IMG/VR virus record: IMGVR_UViG_3300031998_000009
Coordinates: 96,001 to 160,000 of that record
Direction: 5' to 3' (one strand)
DNA from: a virus
Lineage: Duplodnaviria; Caudoviricetes
DNA: 64,000 nucleotides
Shown here in pieces: positions 45,153-55,828 of the stretch. Position numbers and translations under genes: made by a program. The notes under the pieces were generated by a model, which was not told where the DNA came from, made no database searches, and worked only from the letters and a program-made list of their open reading frames with translations. Numbering within the stretch: position 1 is the stretch's first letter; the number at the start of each line of letters is the position of its first letter.

Positions 45153-45235
45153 TTACTACCACCTCGTAATTCTATACATTCTGGATTAACTTTTTTAACT
45201 TCCAAATGTTTGCTTTTATTGGTTTTATAATCACC

Positions 45236-46111
45236 TTATACTTTAAAAAATACAATACCATACCACGAAAAATAAGTTACTCCATTTAAGGTTATTTCTT
45301 CACATGCTAGTGTCTCTGTTGTTACGGATACATATATGTCGGTGAAATAAATATTATCTGTTTCGTCTGGTATTGGACAATTATATATGGCTGTCTTATT
45401 TGCAGCAGTGTCATATGATGGATTTGGGCTGTATCGAGTACATATATTATTCTCAATAGCCGGGTATACATTCGGTGTTGCAGATATAACAAGGTTTTTG
45501 GCTCCTACATATCCAGACCATGGATTTACAATACCAACATTTCCGCCGGTTCCATTAGGAGCTTCGACCTTATAATTTCCTGTAGTATACGGACCGACTG
45601 AACCACTTGTATCACTAAATGTTCTACCTGGACCTGACTGTAAAACCGAAGTAGGTATTCCAAATGTTAGCAATCCAATATTATCATCACTTAATTTTCC
45701 AATAGCTATACCGAAGAATAAAGCACCTTGATCGTATGTAGATGAATATGCAGAATCCACTTTCCAGCAGATAAGGAATGTTCCTGATGACATTACCTTA
45801 CAAACCATCGTATTGCTTGCAAAAAAAGCGACTCCGTGTGATGGAGAACTATTGAACCATGTGCCGTAATTGAAAATCTTGTATCCAAGTGTTCTGTATG
45901 TAGGGAAACACATGATTTGCTTGTATTTTACATCTGATACTGTTACATCGGTTTTGAGCGTTATTGTAACAGCCTGTGATACATTTCCTATTGGACCATA
46001 TCCACCTTCCGCGACACTATCTACAATATCACTCGGAAGATGTTCTGACATCCAAGATACTAATGCTGCTCTAGAAGTAGCATTAGTTAAATCCGCTTCA
46101 TAACTAATCAT
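45236..46111 (-). CDS. putative distal tail/receptor-binding protein (paralog 1)
   Basis: Gly/Ser/Thr/Tyr-rich; paralog of the neighbouring gene. Confidence 0.55.
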   Translation of the reverse strand: MISYEADLTNATSRAALVSWMSEHLPSDIVDSVAEGGYGPIGNVSQAVTITLKTDVTVSDVKYKQIMCFPTYRTLGYKIFNYGTWFNSSPSHGVAFFASNTMVCKVMSSGTFLICWKVDSAYSSTYDQGALFFGIAIGKLSDDNIGLLTFGIPTSVLQSGPGRTFSDTSGSVGPYTTGNYKVEAPNGTGGNVGIVNPWSGYVGAKNLVISATPNVYPAIENNICTRYSPNPSYDTAANKTAIYNCPIPDETDNIYFTDIYVSVTTETLACEEITLNGVTYFSWYGIVFFKV

Positions 46112-46125
46112 ATTCTATACCTCCT

Positions 46126-49100
46126 TTATGGAGTAGTTTCGATATTTCCAATTATTAACTGTGGACCGTTACCTCCACCGCCGGATGTATACGGAACATC
46201 GTATTCATTTCCATCCCATTCAATCCACAAATGACCTGGATTGTTAGGATCTTCCAGTATACAAGAACTTGTATCTATACTACCTCCGGATAATAATGGA
46301 ACACCAAGAAACTCAATCATTAGGTTTGCAATATTGTTAGAATCTATAGTGTCTCCATAATTATAGATTCTAATACCTACTACTTTATCTAAACTCGGAT
46401 TACTAGGTATATCAAAATACCATTTATATTCTAATTTATTCAGGAACTGTGTTTGATAGGAGCTAGTACTTGTATCTGCACTGCCAACTAATTGTTGTAT
46501 TTCGATATGAGATCCTTTATTAATATTAACATAATCTGGATTCATATGTACGATTAATTCTATATATTTATTTGCTGATAGTGACGTTAGTGCTTTTACA
46601 TTGGAACCTGGTGCATCCGGTTGTCCTATCCAAACAATAATTCTTCCATTAGGCCATCTAATTATACTGTTCTGTTTAAGATAATCCATCAGACTTTTTA
46701 AATCATCCACATTTACTTCTTGTTTTATAATATCTTGAATTGTGGTATAGTTAGGACCGTATATCTTATTGATATGGAATATTGCTTCTCGTCTACGTTT
46801 AATATATTTAGAATTAATGTCAATGTTTGTATTAGGTTTTTCTTTGTCATTGGTACCTGTTGTTAGATCAGTTGAAACCTCTAGGTTATATAGATAACAG
46901 GTATTATTATCTACATCACCTGGTAATGTATATGAAAGTTCAAGTCCAGCATAATTATTAGGTTGATCAAAATCTTTTCCTCTTAAATAATTGTGACTGT
47001 CCTTTTTAATGGTAGCTGTGCATGGAATATAGGTTATCCAGTTTGCCTCGTTCCAATCATAACACATACCGTTTATTATAGAATTAGAACTACCTGTACC
47101 GTTCAGAGATTTTATGTTATGTGTTCCAAACATTGCAGGAAGTGTATTATAGGCAAATCGATTATTTGTCCAGGAAGGTCTTGTAGGCATTAGATACTGG
47201 TCTATTAATAGATATGATACATGACCTAATACGACCGGAGTATCTACATATGCTACCTTCTTATTAACATATTGCATACTGAATGTATTTCCAGTGTAAT
47301 CAATTCTCTGAACAACTACATCGGAAACAATAGCATTTTTATTTCCTAATGGTACATAATTATCTGTTAATGCGCATTGTCTATAATAGTTTATTGGGTC
47401 ATCAAATTGAATTGCATAGTTTGTTTCTGTATTAACTAATGCACGAACATAGTAAGAGAATGTAAGAGGATTATTCCCGGTGTCTTTCCAGACCTCATCG
47501 GTTGTGAAATTAGTAATTTTTGCTGTATCTGAATTTACGTTTTTGCTATAGTGTATCTCTTTAATAACTGTACTAGGTGTAAATGTGTTATTGTTACTAT
47601 CATAATTATATTCGGTGCTATTGTATTGTTGAATGGTATCAAAATCAGTAGAAACACCATAACCGGATGCTGCTAACTGAACACCACATCCAATAGATTT
47701 CATACTCTCATAATCATATGTGGGAGAACTTCCACTATTATTGTATCCATATGCTACATTATCCATTAAACTACAATAGCACAGATGAATGTACATTGAA
47801 ATATAAGGTAAAATGTATGTCTGATAATTTGTTTTGAAGTTACCATATGTTGCATCAGAGGTTGTCCATGAACAGAGTTGTTGAACTGTTACACTCTTAA
47901 TATTATTTTCAGTAGGTTCTTCTCCATTTGTTGCCTTCCAGTAAAGTCTTTTTATAAAGTGTAAATATCCTTCTACTGGATAGGTGTTACAAGTTGAAGT
48001 ATTATTTATTAGAAATCCGTTAGGTGTTAAACTTCCTTCGGATGTCATGAAAGAAACCGGAATATAAATTGTTTCATTGTTAGGTCCGACATATGATTTC
48101 TTTAATGTGTCTGGAATACCCTTGATACAAAAATAATCTAGGTTTGTTTCTACTTTTGCGATGTTTGCGGGATTACCTAACGGAACATAACTTGTAAGCA
48201 GTTCGGATGTGGTCTTTTTATCAAATAATGTCTCTAACATTGTAGAATAGCTTGGAAAGTCTGTTGCTGTATAAGTAACAGTATCCTCTACAGTATATCT
48301 GGTTGAATCATTATCATACAATTCTTCAAAATTATACAGATATTTTGGATAAGTAGCAAGCTTACAATTATTAAAAGGTAATCCAGATAAAAGTGTATTA
48401 CCACCTAGATTAACATCTGTATTTTGAGTTGCTGGATAACAGTCAGAACTTGTTATAGTATTATCATAAAAGAATGTAAGACCGAATATGTCTACAAATT
48501 CAATTCTTTGCGATGTTTTGTATTCATTAATAGTTGTATCCCATGTTTCATGATCTTTAAAGAACATTCCATAGTAAATGTCGATATCCGAAGCAGCGTT
48601 TACAACTGCAAAATTATCACCTTTTTTCCAACCTACTTCACTATCTTTCAGTTTAGCCCATATTTGATCAGGTGTATCCGTAGGTAAGATTGGATTATTT
48701 AATGGGTCTACTAATACTTGCGAGTCTAATCTAATATCGGTGTTCTTATACTTGATTATTGCATTCGAAACGGTTAGTTCATCTGCGTAAGAACCTGTAT
48801 ATTTAAATTTTAAGTATCCTATACAAGTCTTATTGGTGTATGCAGATTTCCATTTATGGATAAGTTGTGACTTCGTAGATGTTGAATAATTATTTGGATT
48901 ATAATCAGAAAGAAGTACCTTTTCGAGGTTAGTTGTAAGAACATTTGCTGTACCTTGATTTACTAGACCTTCTACAAATCTTTGTGCATATCTAGAGTCC
49001 ATAGGAATAAAAGTTCCGCCGGTTTCATCATCAAATGAAATGTGTGCAGGGTCTCCGAGTTTGAATGTATACCCATCAATACTGAACATACCAGCATTAA

Positions 49101-49323
49101 TAATATCATTACCATCTTCGTCTGTGGTAGCACTAAATGCAGCACTTAATTCAGCTTCTGTATCACCAATAATAAAAGGTTTCGAAACCAACTTTTTAGT
49201 CAGCCATCTTAAATTTTCCTCATTATTAAAACCACCATCATTAGGTGAATTTTCGGAAGGTGCTGCTTTTACATCGGATAATGGTATTTTGTTTAATGAG
49301 GTGTTAGTTAAATCATCAAACAT
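46126..49323 (-). CDS. large baseplate/tail-associated protein
   Basis: 1065 aa, Asn/Thr/Tyr-rich, downstream of the baseplate wedge genes. Confidence 0.6.
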   Translation of the reverse strand: MFDDLTNTSLNKIPLSDVKAAPSENSPNDGGFNNEENLRWLTKKLVSKPFIIGDTEAELSAAFSATTDEDGNDIINAGMFSIDGYTFKLGDPAHISFDDETGGTFIPMDSRYAQRFVEGLVNQGTANVLTTNLEKVLLSDYNPNNYSTSTKSQLIHKWKSAYTNKTCIGYLKFKYTGSYADELTVSNAIIKYKNTDIRLDSQVLVDPLNNPILPTDTPDQIWAKLKDSEVGWKKGDNFAVVNAASDIDIYYGMFFKDHETWDTTINEYKTSQRIEFVDIFGLTFFYDNTITSSDCYPATQNTDVNLGGNTLLSGLPFNNCKLATYPKYLYNFEELYDNDSTRYTVEDTVTYTATDFPSYSTMLETLFDKKTTSELLTSYVPLGNPANIAKVETNLDYFCIKGIPDTLKKSYVGPNNETIYIPVSFMTSEGSLTPNGFLINNTSTCNTYPVEGYLHFIKRLYWKATNGEEPTENNIKSVTVQQLCSWTTSDATYGNFKTNYQTYILPYISMYIHLCYCSLMDNVAYGYNNSGSSPTYDYESMKSIGCGVQLAASGYGVSTDFDTIQQYNSTEYNYDSNNNTFTPSTVIKEIHYSKNVNSDTAKITNFTTDEVWKDTGNNPLTFSYYVRALVNTETNYAIQFDDPINYYRQCALTDNYVPLGNKNAIVSDVVVQRIDYTGNTFSMQYVNKKVAYVDTPVVLGHVSYLLIDQYLMPTRPSWTNNRFAYNTLPAMFGTHNIKSLNGTGSSNSIINGMCYDWNEANWITYIPCTATIKKDSHNYLRGKDFDQPNNYAGLELSYTLPGDVDNNTCYLYNLEVSTDLTTGTNDKEKPNTNIDINSKYIKRRREAIFHINKIYGPNYTTIQDIIKQEVNVDDLKSLMDYLKQNSIIRWPNGRIIVWIGQPDAPGSNVKALTSLSANKYIELIVHMNPDYVNINKGSHIEIQQLVGSADTSTSSYQTQFLNKLEYKWYFDIPSNPSLDKVVGIRIYNYGDTIDSNNIANLMIEFLGVPLLSGGSIDTSSCILEDPNNPGHLWIEWDGNEYDVPYTSGGGGNGPQLIIGNIETTP

Positions 49324-49343
49324 AGTAAAACCTCCTCCTTTTA

Positions 49344-50231
49344 TTATGTTACAATATGTCCTATAATCATTTCAGGTCCTGGTGTAGGTGTAGGTCCTGG
49401 TTCTATGTGTTCTTCTAATTCAAATTCTCCTAATGTAGGAATTTCTTGAATAGTGGTTGTAATAATATCACCGTTTTCATCCAAAACATTTGCTGTAAGC
49501 ATTGTGTCTTTACCAACAGCCGCTATGGTAATAACCCATCTTATAACAACTGTATCATCAGGTCTAACATAAAGAGTATTCGTTTTTTCTTCTTCGTCTT
49601 CTATGTAATTACCTAATTTTATATAAGCTAATAGATCTTCTGTTCCTGGAACAGGTGTCGCAAATAAACCTATTTCTGATATAAACAAAGGATTATTGTT
49701 ATAGTACATATTTAGTTCTCCGGGTCGTACCTCACAATAAAAATAAATACTGTCCATATCAGCGGTAGATTCATCTTCTAGTGTTAGAGTTGATTTTCTT
49801 ATTTGAGATCTAGTACCACTAATACCTTCACCTTCTTCTTTTCCAGTGAAGAATTCTCTTACAAACTTTTTAGCATTGTAGTCGACATATTCGTCCCAGT
49901 CAGATTCTAATTCTGGAACTCTTGGATTAGTATCAGAAGGCTTCGGTACTATTTGTCCTTCACTATTTTCGTAAAGAACAACACCACCATCACCACATCC
50001 TAAAAAACAAGGTATATACTGTTCTGTATTAGAGTATTGTGGATTGGGTTGTAAAAATGTTTTGTTAAAATCACCGTTTAGAAATCTTATAAGACCTGAT
50101 ACCATTTGTCTAGTTGCTTTATTATGTGTTTGGATATGTTTTTTTACAATGTTACTTCTGGTATCCATTACTAAAATGTCCACGTTATTACTGATTGTAA
50201 AACCCATGCTAGAGGAATTAATATTTCCCAT
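49344..50231 (-). CDS. baseplate/tail-fibre attachment protein
   Basis: HNKAT, G.GDG, ISEIGLF...LLAY...VIRWVITI pattern of tail-fibre N-terminal/collar domains. Confidence 0.6.
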   Translation of the reverse strand: MGNINSSSMGFTISNNVDILVMDTRSNIVKKHIQTHNKATRQMVSGLIRFLNGDFNKTFLQPNPQYSNTEQYIPCFLGCGDGGVVLYENSEGQIVPKPSDTNPRVPELESDWDEYVDYNAKKFVREFFTGKEEGEGISGTRSQIRKSTLTLEDESTADMDSIYFYCEVRPGELNMYYNNNPLFISEIGLFATPVPGTEDLLAYIKLGNYIEDEEEKTNTLYVRPDDTVVIRWVITIAAVGKDTMLTANVLDENGDIITTTIQEIPTLGEFELEEHIEPGPTPTPGPEMIIGHIVT

Positions 50232-50245
50232 TTTAGGATCACCTC

Positions 50246-50932
50246 TTAATCATTTAGATTTATTGTAGAATCTTCTGAAAACTGTTCCAACCACTTTGGA
50301 TCTGTTGTAGCAGAAAAGTTTACAAAAGAACGGTTGACATATGTATTTATTTCTGGTTGATATGTTTCGACTGTATTATCGGTAGCAGCATAGATCATTA
50401 ATGCGTCCGTATTGATGTTATGTCCTATAATAGAACGTAACTCTACTCTCATACCAACCGGTCTAACATAATCAAGAAGATATCTTACTAATGTGTATAC
50501 ATTAGGATAGTTTATATAAATTCTTGCATTTTCATAATCATACTGAATTTGGATATCACGAAGTGCATTAACATAATCAGAATCTTCTGTTACCAGCTCA
50601 GCATTATTTTTAGAAATATCCAAAGATGTTAAACTTAATGCAGATGCCATTTTTAGTCCAACCTCTGAACCTCGATTTCTTTCCATAGCCGTAAATGCTG
50701 CTAATGTACGTCTATTGGATGTAACAGTATCTTCGAAGTTATATTCGTAGTTTAATGTTTTAGCAAGAAGAGGTAATAACTCTTGTGGACACTTATAGGC
50801 ATCATAAACGTCACAACAATGGTCAATATCATATTTACAATTATTGATTATAATGTCTAATAGTTTTGTAAATACCTGTATGTCACGTTCTTTTCCATAT
50901 ACCTGAGGTATAAAGTTATTAGACTGTATCAT
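50246..50932 (-). CDS. baseplate wedge protein (P2 gpI-like)
   Basis: CPQELLPLLAKTLNY, RGSEVG, YVRPVG. Confidence 0.7.
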   Translation of the reverse strand: MIQSNNFIPQVYGKERDIQVFTKLLDIIINNCKYDIDHCCDVYDAYKCPQELLPLLAKTLNYEYNFEDTVTSNRRTLAAFTAMERNRGSEVGLKMASALSLTSLDISKNNAELVTEDSDYVNALRDIQIQYDYENARIYINYPNVYTLVRYLLDYVRPVGMRVELRSIIGHNINTDALMIYAATDNTVETYQPEINTYVNRSFVNFSATTDPKWLEQFSEDSTINLND

Positions 50933-50945
50933 ACTCTAACACCTC

Positions 50946-53258
50946 TTAATCCTGAATATAATTTGGATCAACACAAATCATATTATAATAAGGTGAGTTT
51001 GTATCCTCTACGGTTTCGTGATATGTTTGAACATATCTCATAATACTTTGTGGATTAAAATAGGCTTCAACATTAAAATACATACTATAATTATTCAATA
51101 CATTTTCAAAGTCAATAAGTTTTTTATTTCCTATACCGGCATCAAAATATCTAATTCTGTTATCACTTTGCAGAACAGCATCTATAACTTCCATATAAGT
51201 GAGTTTCTTTCCAAACTCCATGTTATAGGGTTTATATAGATTAGTTAGTCTTGTTATGACAGCTTTAATAATATTATTAGCTTCCATTCTATTTACAGAT
51301 TGTGTTAGATGAATGGTTCCACAGCATCTCCATGGAAATACTCTGCAAGCTGTGTAATTAGGAACAGTGGTAACAATTTTCGTTCGTCTAATAGCATTGT
51401 TGATGAGTGTAGGAATTTTATAGTTATCTGGGTTAGATGGATAATCATCTTCTGTTGTTACTCGATATAACATAAATGGAGCATTTGTTTCCGAGGTAAC
51501 ACCACTAAAATATCTGGCAACTATAGCACCTGTTTCATCCTGTGTAGCAAAATCTCCCCAAATAGGATAAAAGTTAATACTGTAATTTACAAAATCAGAA
51601 GGAATACTAGGATTCATTGCTTGGTCTACCGTGTAACAAGCATCTTTATAATCAGCAGTTACTTTTCTTATGTTATACAACATAGTTGCTAAAGCACTTT
51701 GGGAAGAACTAGAAGAAGCATTAGGTCCTAAAATATCAAGTAATTGTTCCTTTGTATAGGAACTACAAATATTCATGATTTGTTTGTTAAGATCGTCTGA
51801 ATACTGTCCGTCACAAACACAGGCATTGGAAATACCTTTTTGACGTCTAATAAAGCGTGCAAAATCATAAATAGTAACCAAGGTATCGTATGTCATAATG
51901 TAGTTCATAGAATCTATATATGCTTCTGCTGCTGTTTGTGGATTGTATCCAGGTTTACATAAATAATTTCCTTCGTCGTCTAGAACATAATTTGAGTTAG
52001 CGATGTTAGTAACAGAAACTTCTGTAGCACTATTAGAATCAAATCTTGTAAGATAATCTGTGGTAATAGAACCATATTTACCTTGTGTTTTTACATAATA
52101 TAATGTAAATGTAACAGAATCACTAATCTGGTCTTTCCAATAAGATGAGAATTTAATATACGGATAATCAAATTCGTCAACATCGAATTGGAAATAAACC
52201 TTTACTTTAGTTGGATCTGTAGGATCTTTGAAATCCGTAACAGTAAGTAGATTATCTGTTTTTTCAATAAATACTGTCTTTTCCGTTAAAGTATTATCGT
52301 CTACGGTTGTATAAGACACATAAATATAGGTATCATCTAAAGAAGCATCTGGAACATAATAGCAGTTATCTTTTATTTGAGAAGGTGTGAACTTTATGCT
52401 AGCAAAATAACCTTGAATAGCTATAAATTGTTTAGGTTCGTAAGGATACAATAGAGTATTAGGTAAATACTTACCTGTTATTACATCGGATTCTGGTGTA
52501 TATGTGGTAGGTAACAAAGTATACAGTAATGAATAAGAATCATTTCCGTATAGGTTTAGTGTTTTAGTATTTCCGGCAAGATATGTATAAAGACCTACCT
52601 TATTATCTTCCTGCCAGTACCTATACACCTCTCTAGCCTTATTCGCAAAAACATTGGAATGTGATATAAAATTAACATTTGTTTTAATGCTAGGTTCCGG
52701 TGGGTTATCAAAATCAATCTGTCCTTCATCTTGTATACCTATACTAGGTCTAGCTACACCGGCAGTTACCATTGCCTGTGGTAGTGGTTCTTCAGTACCC
52801 GAAATATTAGTAATAGGTGGTAAAGAAATGTTCATGTTGCCTGTATCGTTTGCATTATGATTATATCTGTATCTGTAATCATAATAAACATCAACAGGAT
52901 TTTCACCATCTACAATTCTTTTATAATAATAAATATATTCTGGCATTGCCGACCTATTAGTAAGAGTAACGGTTGTTTGTGCAGATTGATACCAGTGCAT
53001 TTTATATCCTACAAGACCAAATAATTTAGCAGCATTCTTTCTTTGTGATACAGTAGGTGCAAAACATTCTAATGCCTGTTTATCCTGGTTGTAGGATAAC
53101 ATATCACCCAGTGCTGACATCTCTTTAACTAATACAATACCTGGGTCACCTTCTTCTCTACTTGTCCAGGTATCTGTTAAAGTAGGTATGGCATCGATAA
53201 GATCTTCCTTTATAGATGTATAGTCTTTACTGGTATACTTTAGTATTTTATTGCCCAT
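50946..53258 (-). CDS. baseplate wedge protein (gpJ/T4 gp6-like)
   Basis: YTSKDY.SIKEDL...WT...EGDPG.VL...GDMLSY.QD, LVTIYDF. Confidence 0.8.
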   Translation of the reverse strand: MGNKILKYTSKDYTSIKEDLIDAIPTLTDTWTSREEGDPGIVLVKEMSALGDMLSYNQDKQALECFAPTVSQRKNAAKLFGLVGYKMHWYQSAQTTVTLTNRSAMPEYIYYYKRIVDGENPVDVYYDYRYRYNHNANDTGNMNISLPPITNISGTEEPLPQAMVTAGVARPSIGIQDEGQIDFDNPPEPSIKTNVNFISHSNVFANKAREVYRYWQEDNKVGLYTYLAGNTKTLNLYGNDSYSLLYTLLPTTYTPESDVITGKYLPNTLLYPYEPKQFIAIQGYFASIKFTPSQIKDNCYYVPDASLDDTYIYVSYTTVDDNTLTEKTVFIEKTDNLLTVTDFKDPTDPTKVKVYFQFDVDEFDYPYIKFSSYWKDQISDSVTFTLYYVKTQGKYGSITTDYLTRFDSNSATEVSVTNIANSNYVLDDEGNYLCKPGYNPQTAAEAYIDSMNYIMTYDTLVTIYDFARFIRRQKGISNACVCDGQYSDDLNKQIMNICSSYTKEQLLDILGPNASSSSSQSALATMLYNIRKVTADYKDACYTVDQAMNPSIPSDFVNYSINFYPIWGDFATQDETGAIVARYFSGVTSETNAPFMLYRVTTEDDYPSNPDNYKIPTLINNAIRRTKIVTTVPNYTACRVFPWRCCGTIHLTQSVNRMEANNIIKAVITRLTNLYKPYNMEFGKKLTYMEVIDAVLQSDNRIRYFDAGIGNKKLIDFENVLNNYSMYFNVEAYFNPQSIMRYVQTYHETVEDTNSPYYNMICVDPNYIQD

Positions 53259-53653
53259 TAAGAAATAACCTCCTCCATATAAAAACTATAGGTTCCTGTC
53301 TTTTTATTATTGTATACTTCATAATGAATGGTAATATGAAATTTGTTTCTGTCCGCATTTTCTACCTGCTCTATCGTAATGTCATCCATAGATACAGAAA
53401 CTCTTTTTTCGAAAGCCGTAATACTATCTACGATTTCTTCTTTTATTTGATTTTGTAATGTATCAGAATACTGTTCAAATAACATTTCGTATAATCGACT
53501 TCCAAAATTAGGATCACCCAATAATTCACCTTTACCTGTTGTTAGAATAAGTCCAATACATTGATTTATGGAATCTGTATAATCACTCAAATCTGTTTTA
53601 CCTGATATAAGATTGAATGTTATTGGATATTTAATTGTTTTTGTATATAACAT
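53258..53653 (-). CDS. baseplate protein gpW/gp25-like
   Basis: I.LILTT.KGE...PNFGSRL..LFE...I..FEKRV. Confidence 0.9.
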   Translation of the reverse strand: MLYTKTIKYPITFNLISGKTDLSDYTDSINQCIGLILTTGKGELLGDPNFGSRLYEMLFEQYSDTLQNQIKEEIVDSITAFEKRVSVSMDDITIEQVENADRNKFHITIHYEVYNNKKTGTYSFYMEEVIS

Positions 53654-53664
53654 AATATATCACC

Positions 53665-54018
53665 TTAATTCAACCAAACTTCTTTAACTTCGTACACATC
53701 TTCTTGATCTGTGTACTCGTATCCTAACCACCCAATAACAACAGGTTGATTAGAATCACCATCTATAAAAGCCACAAGAACAACTTGGTTAGGTTCTGGA
53801 GGTGTGTTATTTCCGAACGGATAACTTACCTCACACCAAGGTAAATCCTTTGTAGGAACAATAGAGGATTTCATATAAGGTTCTGCATTTTGATATGGAG
53901 TATCAGTCATAGTTCCATGTAATTGAGGTATTCTTACTTTAATACGATGAAACCCAGCAGGATCATTTGTATCAATAACAATTCCTTTTGTTACACCCGC
54001 CATTTTTACGAACCCCAT
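53665..54018 (-). CDS. baseplate spike OB-fold protein (gpV/gp5 N-terminal-like)
   Basis: G.V.DTNDP...RIKVRIP, LPW, P...V.VAFIDGD..QPVVIG. Confidence 0.85.
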   Translation of the reverse strand: MGFVKMAGVTKGIVIDTNDPAGFHRIKVRIPQLHGTMTDTPYQNAEPYMKSSIVPTKDLPWCEVSYPFGNNTPPEPNQVVLVAFIDGDSNQPVVIGWLGYEYTDQEDVYEVKEVWLN

Positions 54019-54029
54019 ATAATCACCTC

Positions 54030-55496
54030 TTATCTACTAGAATTTATAGAATCTTGGTTGTGCCAAGCTCTAGATGTGCTTGAATTAGAAATAAAGTTTG
54101 GTGCCTCCATGTTATCAGAACTATTCCACTCAGCCCTTAATAGTTTGAATGTAGTAGTGAATCCACTTTCAGATAAATCGTCTTCTATTTCCGTTATAGC
54201 ATATGTTCCAGTAAGAGGAACGTGTTGAACACCATTCACAAAAACATTAACCTTTATACAGTCCATAAGCTGATTACAATCTGTCTGACCTACAACCGTC
54301 ATGGATGCTTCTAGTGGAAGTGTTAGATGTTCTGCTATTGTAGTTGCAGATAAAAATGCAGATTCGTTAAATCCCGATAATGTAGAAAACGTGTTTTTCT
54401 TAAATCCATCTGTTTGTGAAACAACATATGTTCCACCTACATTCTGTCCATTAGCATCGATGTTATTACTAACTCCTTGTAATGCGGATACGGTTCCCAT
54501 CGCTACTACATAATTATAGTTAGCATCAAAACTTATAACATCGCTATTTATAAAATTATTTCCAAAATTATATGTGAATATATCAGTTGCTTGTCTGTGG
54601 AACTTTTCCTTATAATAGAAACTTCCTTTTTGTGGAGAACCTAACGAAGGAACTACATTATCAAAATAACACACAAAAGGCATAGTGAGTAGATTCTTAA
54701 ACGAATTATATTTTTGGTGTATTTCTTGTGAAACAGTTGAAGAAGCATATCTATTTGCCCATTCGTAATTTCGTAGAAACGCAACATCTGATTCGGAAAG
54801 TAGACCTTGCTGTAACCAAAAATCAGGAGTATATTTTCTATGACTTAAATGAACAAATCCGTTAGGTAATATAGTTCCATCCTGATTACTCTTACCAAAG
54901 AAGATATCATGTAAAGAACCGCTCTCTATGTTTATATCTTGTCTGTTTATAGCATCATCTGTGTGGTCAATATATATTTCATAACCTTGGAACATTTTGT
55001 TTATATCCGTAGATGTTGTAGTAGTGAGTAGATCTTCCACCAAGTTACTTGGTTGTTCCAATCCATATATAGAATGAATATAGGACATATATCCTTCCAT
55101 GGTTATTGGTATGTTAGCAATATCTAGTTGTCTGGCGATTCCTTTTATTGTGTATGTAAGAAATCCTTCACCTAGTGTTTCTTCGTATTCTGTAAAAATA
55201 CCTGTGTAATATTGGTTCTGTAATGTCATTCCTCCGCCAGGCGTTTTATATCCGTATCTATAGTGAACAGGTTGTTTTACAGAAGATAATAGAAGATTAT
55301 GAATAACAGTAGTTGTCTGTTCGTTAAAATTACCGGGTGCATAACTCAATTCGAGTGTAAAAGAGCATGCCTGTGAAACACTTCTATTTTGGTGAAATCT
55401 AGCAAAATATCTGGGTGGGATAGTATCAATAGTTCCGTTAGCAAATTCAAATATTATATAGGGTCCTACAAACCCACGATTCATTATACTGTTCAT
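54030..55496 (-). CDS. baseplate hub protein (gpD/gp27-like)
   Basis: RYGY, LTGTY.ITEIED.....GFTT.FKL.R; position. Confidence 0.7.
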   Translation of the reverse strand: MNSIMNRGFVGPYIIFEFANGTIDTIPPRYFARFHQNRSVSQACSFTLELSYAPGNFNEQTTTVIHNLLLSSVKQPVHYRYGYKTPGGGMTLQNQYYTGIFTEYEETLGEGFLTYTIKGIARQLDIANIPITMEGYMSYIHSIYGLEQPSNLVEDLLTTTTSTDINKMFQGYEIYIDHTDDAINRQDINIESGSLHDIFFGKSNQDGTILPNGFVHLSHRKYTPDFWLQQGLLSESDVAFLRNYEWANRYASSTVSQEIHQKYNSFKNLLTMPFVCYFDNVVPSLGSPQKGSFYYKEKFHRQATDIFTYNFGNNFINSDVISFDANYNYVVAMGTVSALQGVSNNIDANGQNVGGTYVVSQTDGFKKNTFSTLSGFNESAFLSATTIAEHLTLPLEASMTVVGQTDCNQLMDCIKVNVFVNGVQHVPLTGTYAITEIEDDLSESGFTTTFKLLRAEWNSSDNMEAPNFISNSSTSRAWHNQDSINSSR

Positions 55497-55828
55497 ACTC
55501 TACCGTATAAAGGACCTTTCCATTCCATTAGAGAAGATAATGCAGGTATTCTTAAAATATCTCCTCTTTTAATAACAAAAGGATCTACGATACTATTTGC
55601 CATTGCTATAACCCAGAAATATTCAGCATTGTTATAATACTTATACGCTATAATGTCCAATCTATTTTCTTCATTAGGTTGAACTTCATGATAAACATCT
55701 GTTTCCGATGTTTTTATAACATATTGATTTGCTGTCTCTAAATAAGTGTCATTGTTACTATCTATTATCTGTCTGTAAATACTGTATCTAGAAAGATTAG
55801 AGTATACTCTTGGTTTTGCATATCTCAT
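55493..55828 (-). CDS. LysM-like baseplate protein (gpX/gp53-like)
   Basis: RLDIIAYKYYN...FWVIAMAN.IVDPF...G..LRIP. Confidence 0.85.
   Translation of the reverse strand: MRYAKPRVYSNLSRYSIYRQIIDSNNDTYLETANQYVIKTSETDVYHEVQPNEENRLDIIAYKYYNNAEYFWVIAMANSIVDPFVIKRGDILRIPALSSLMEWKGPLYGRV

Noticed and set aside
44328-49323. Diversity-generating retroelement or invertible tail-fibre cassette
   Set aside because: No reverse transcriptase, recombinase or TR/VR nucleotide repeats seen in the window
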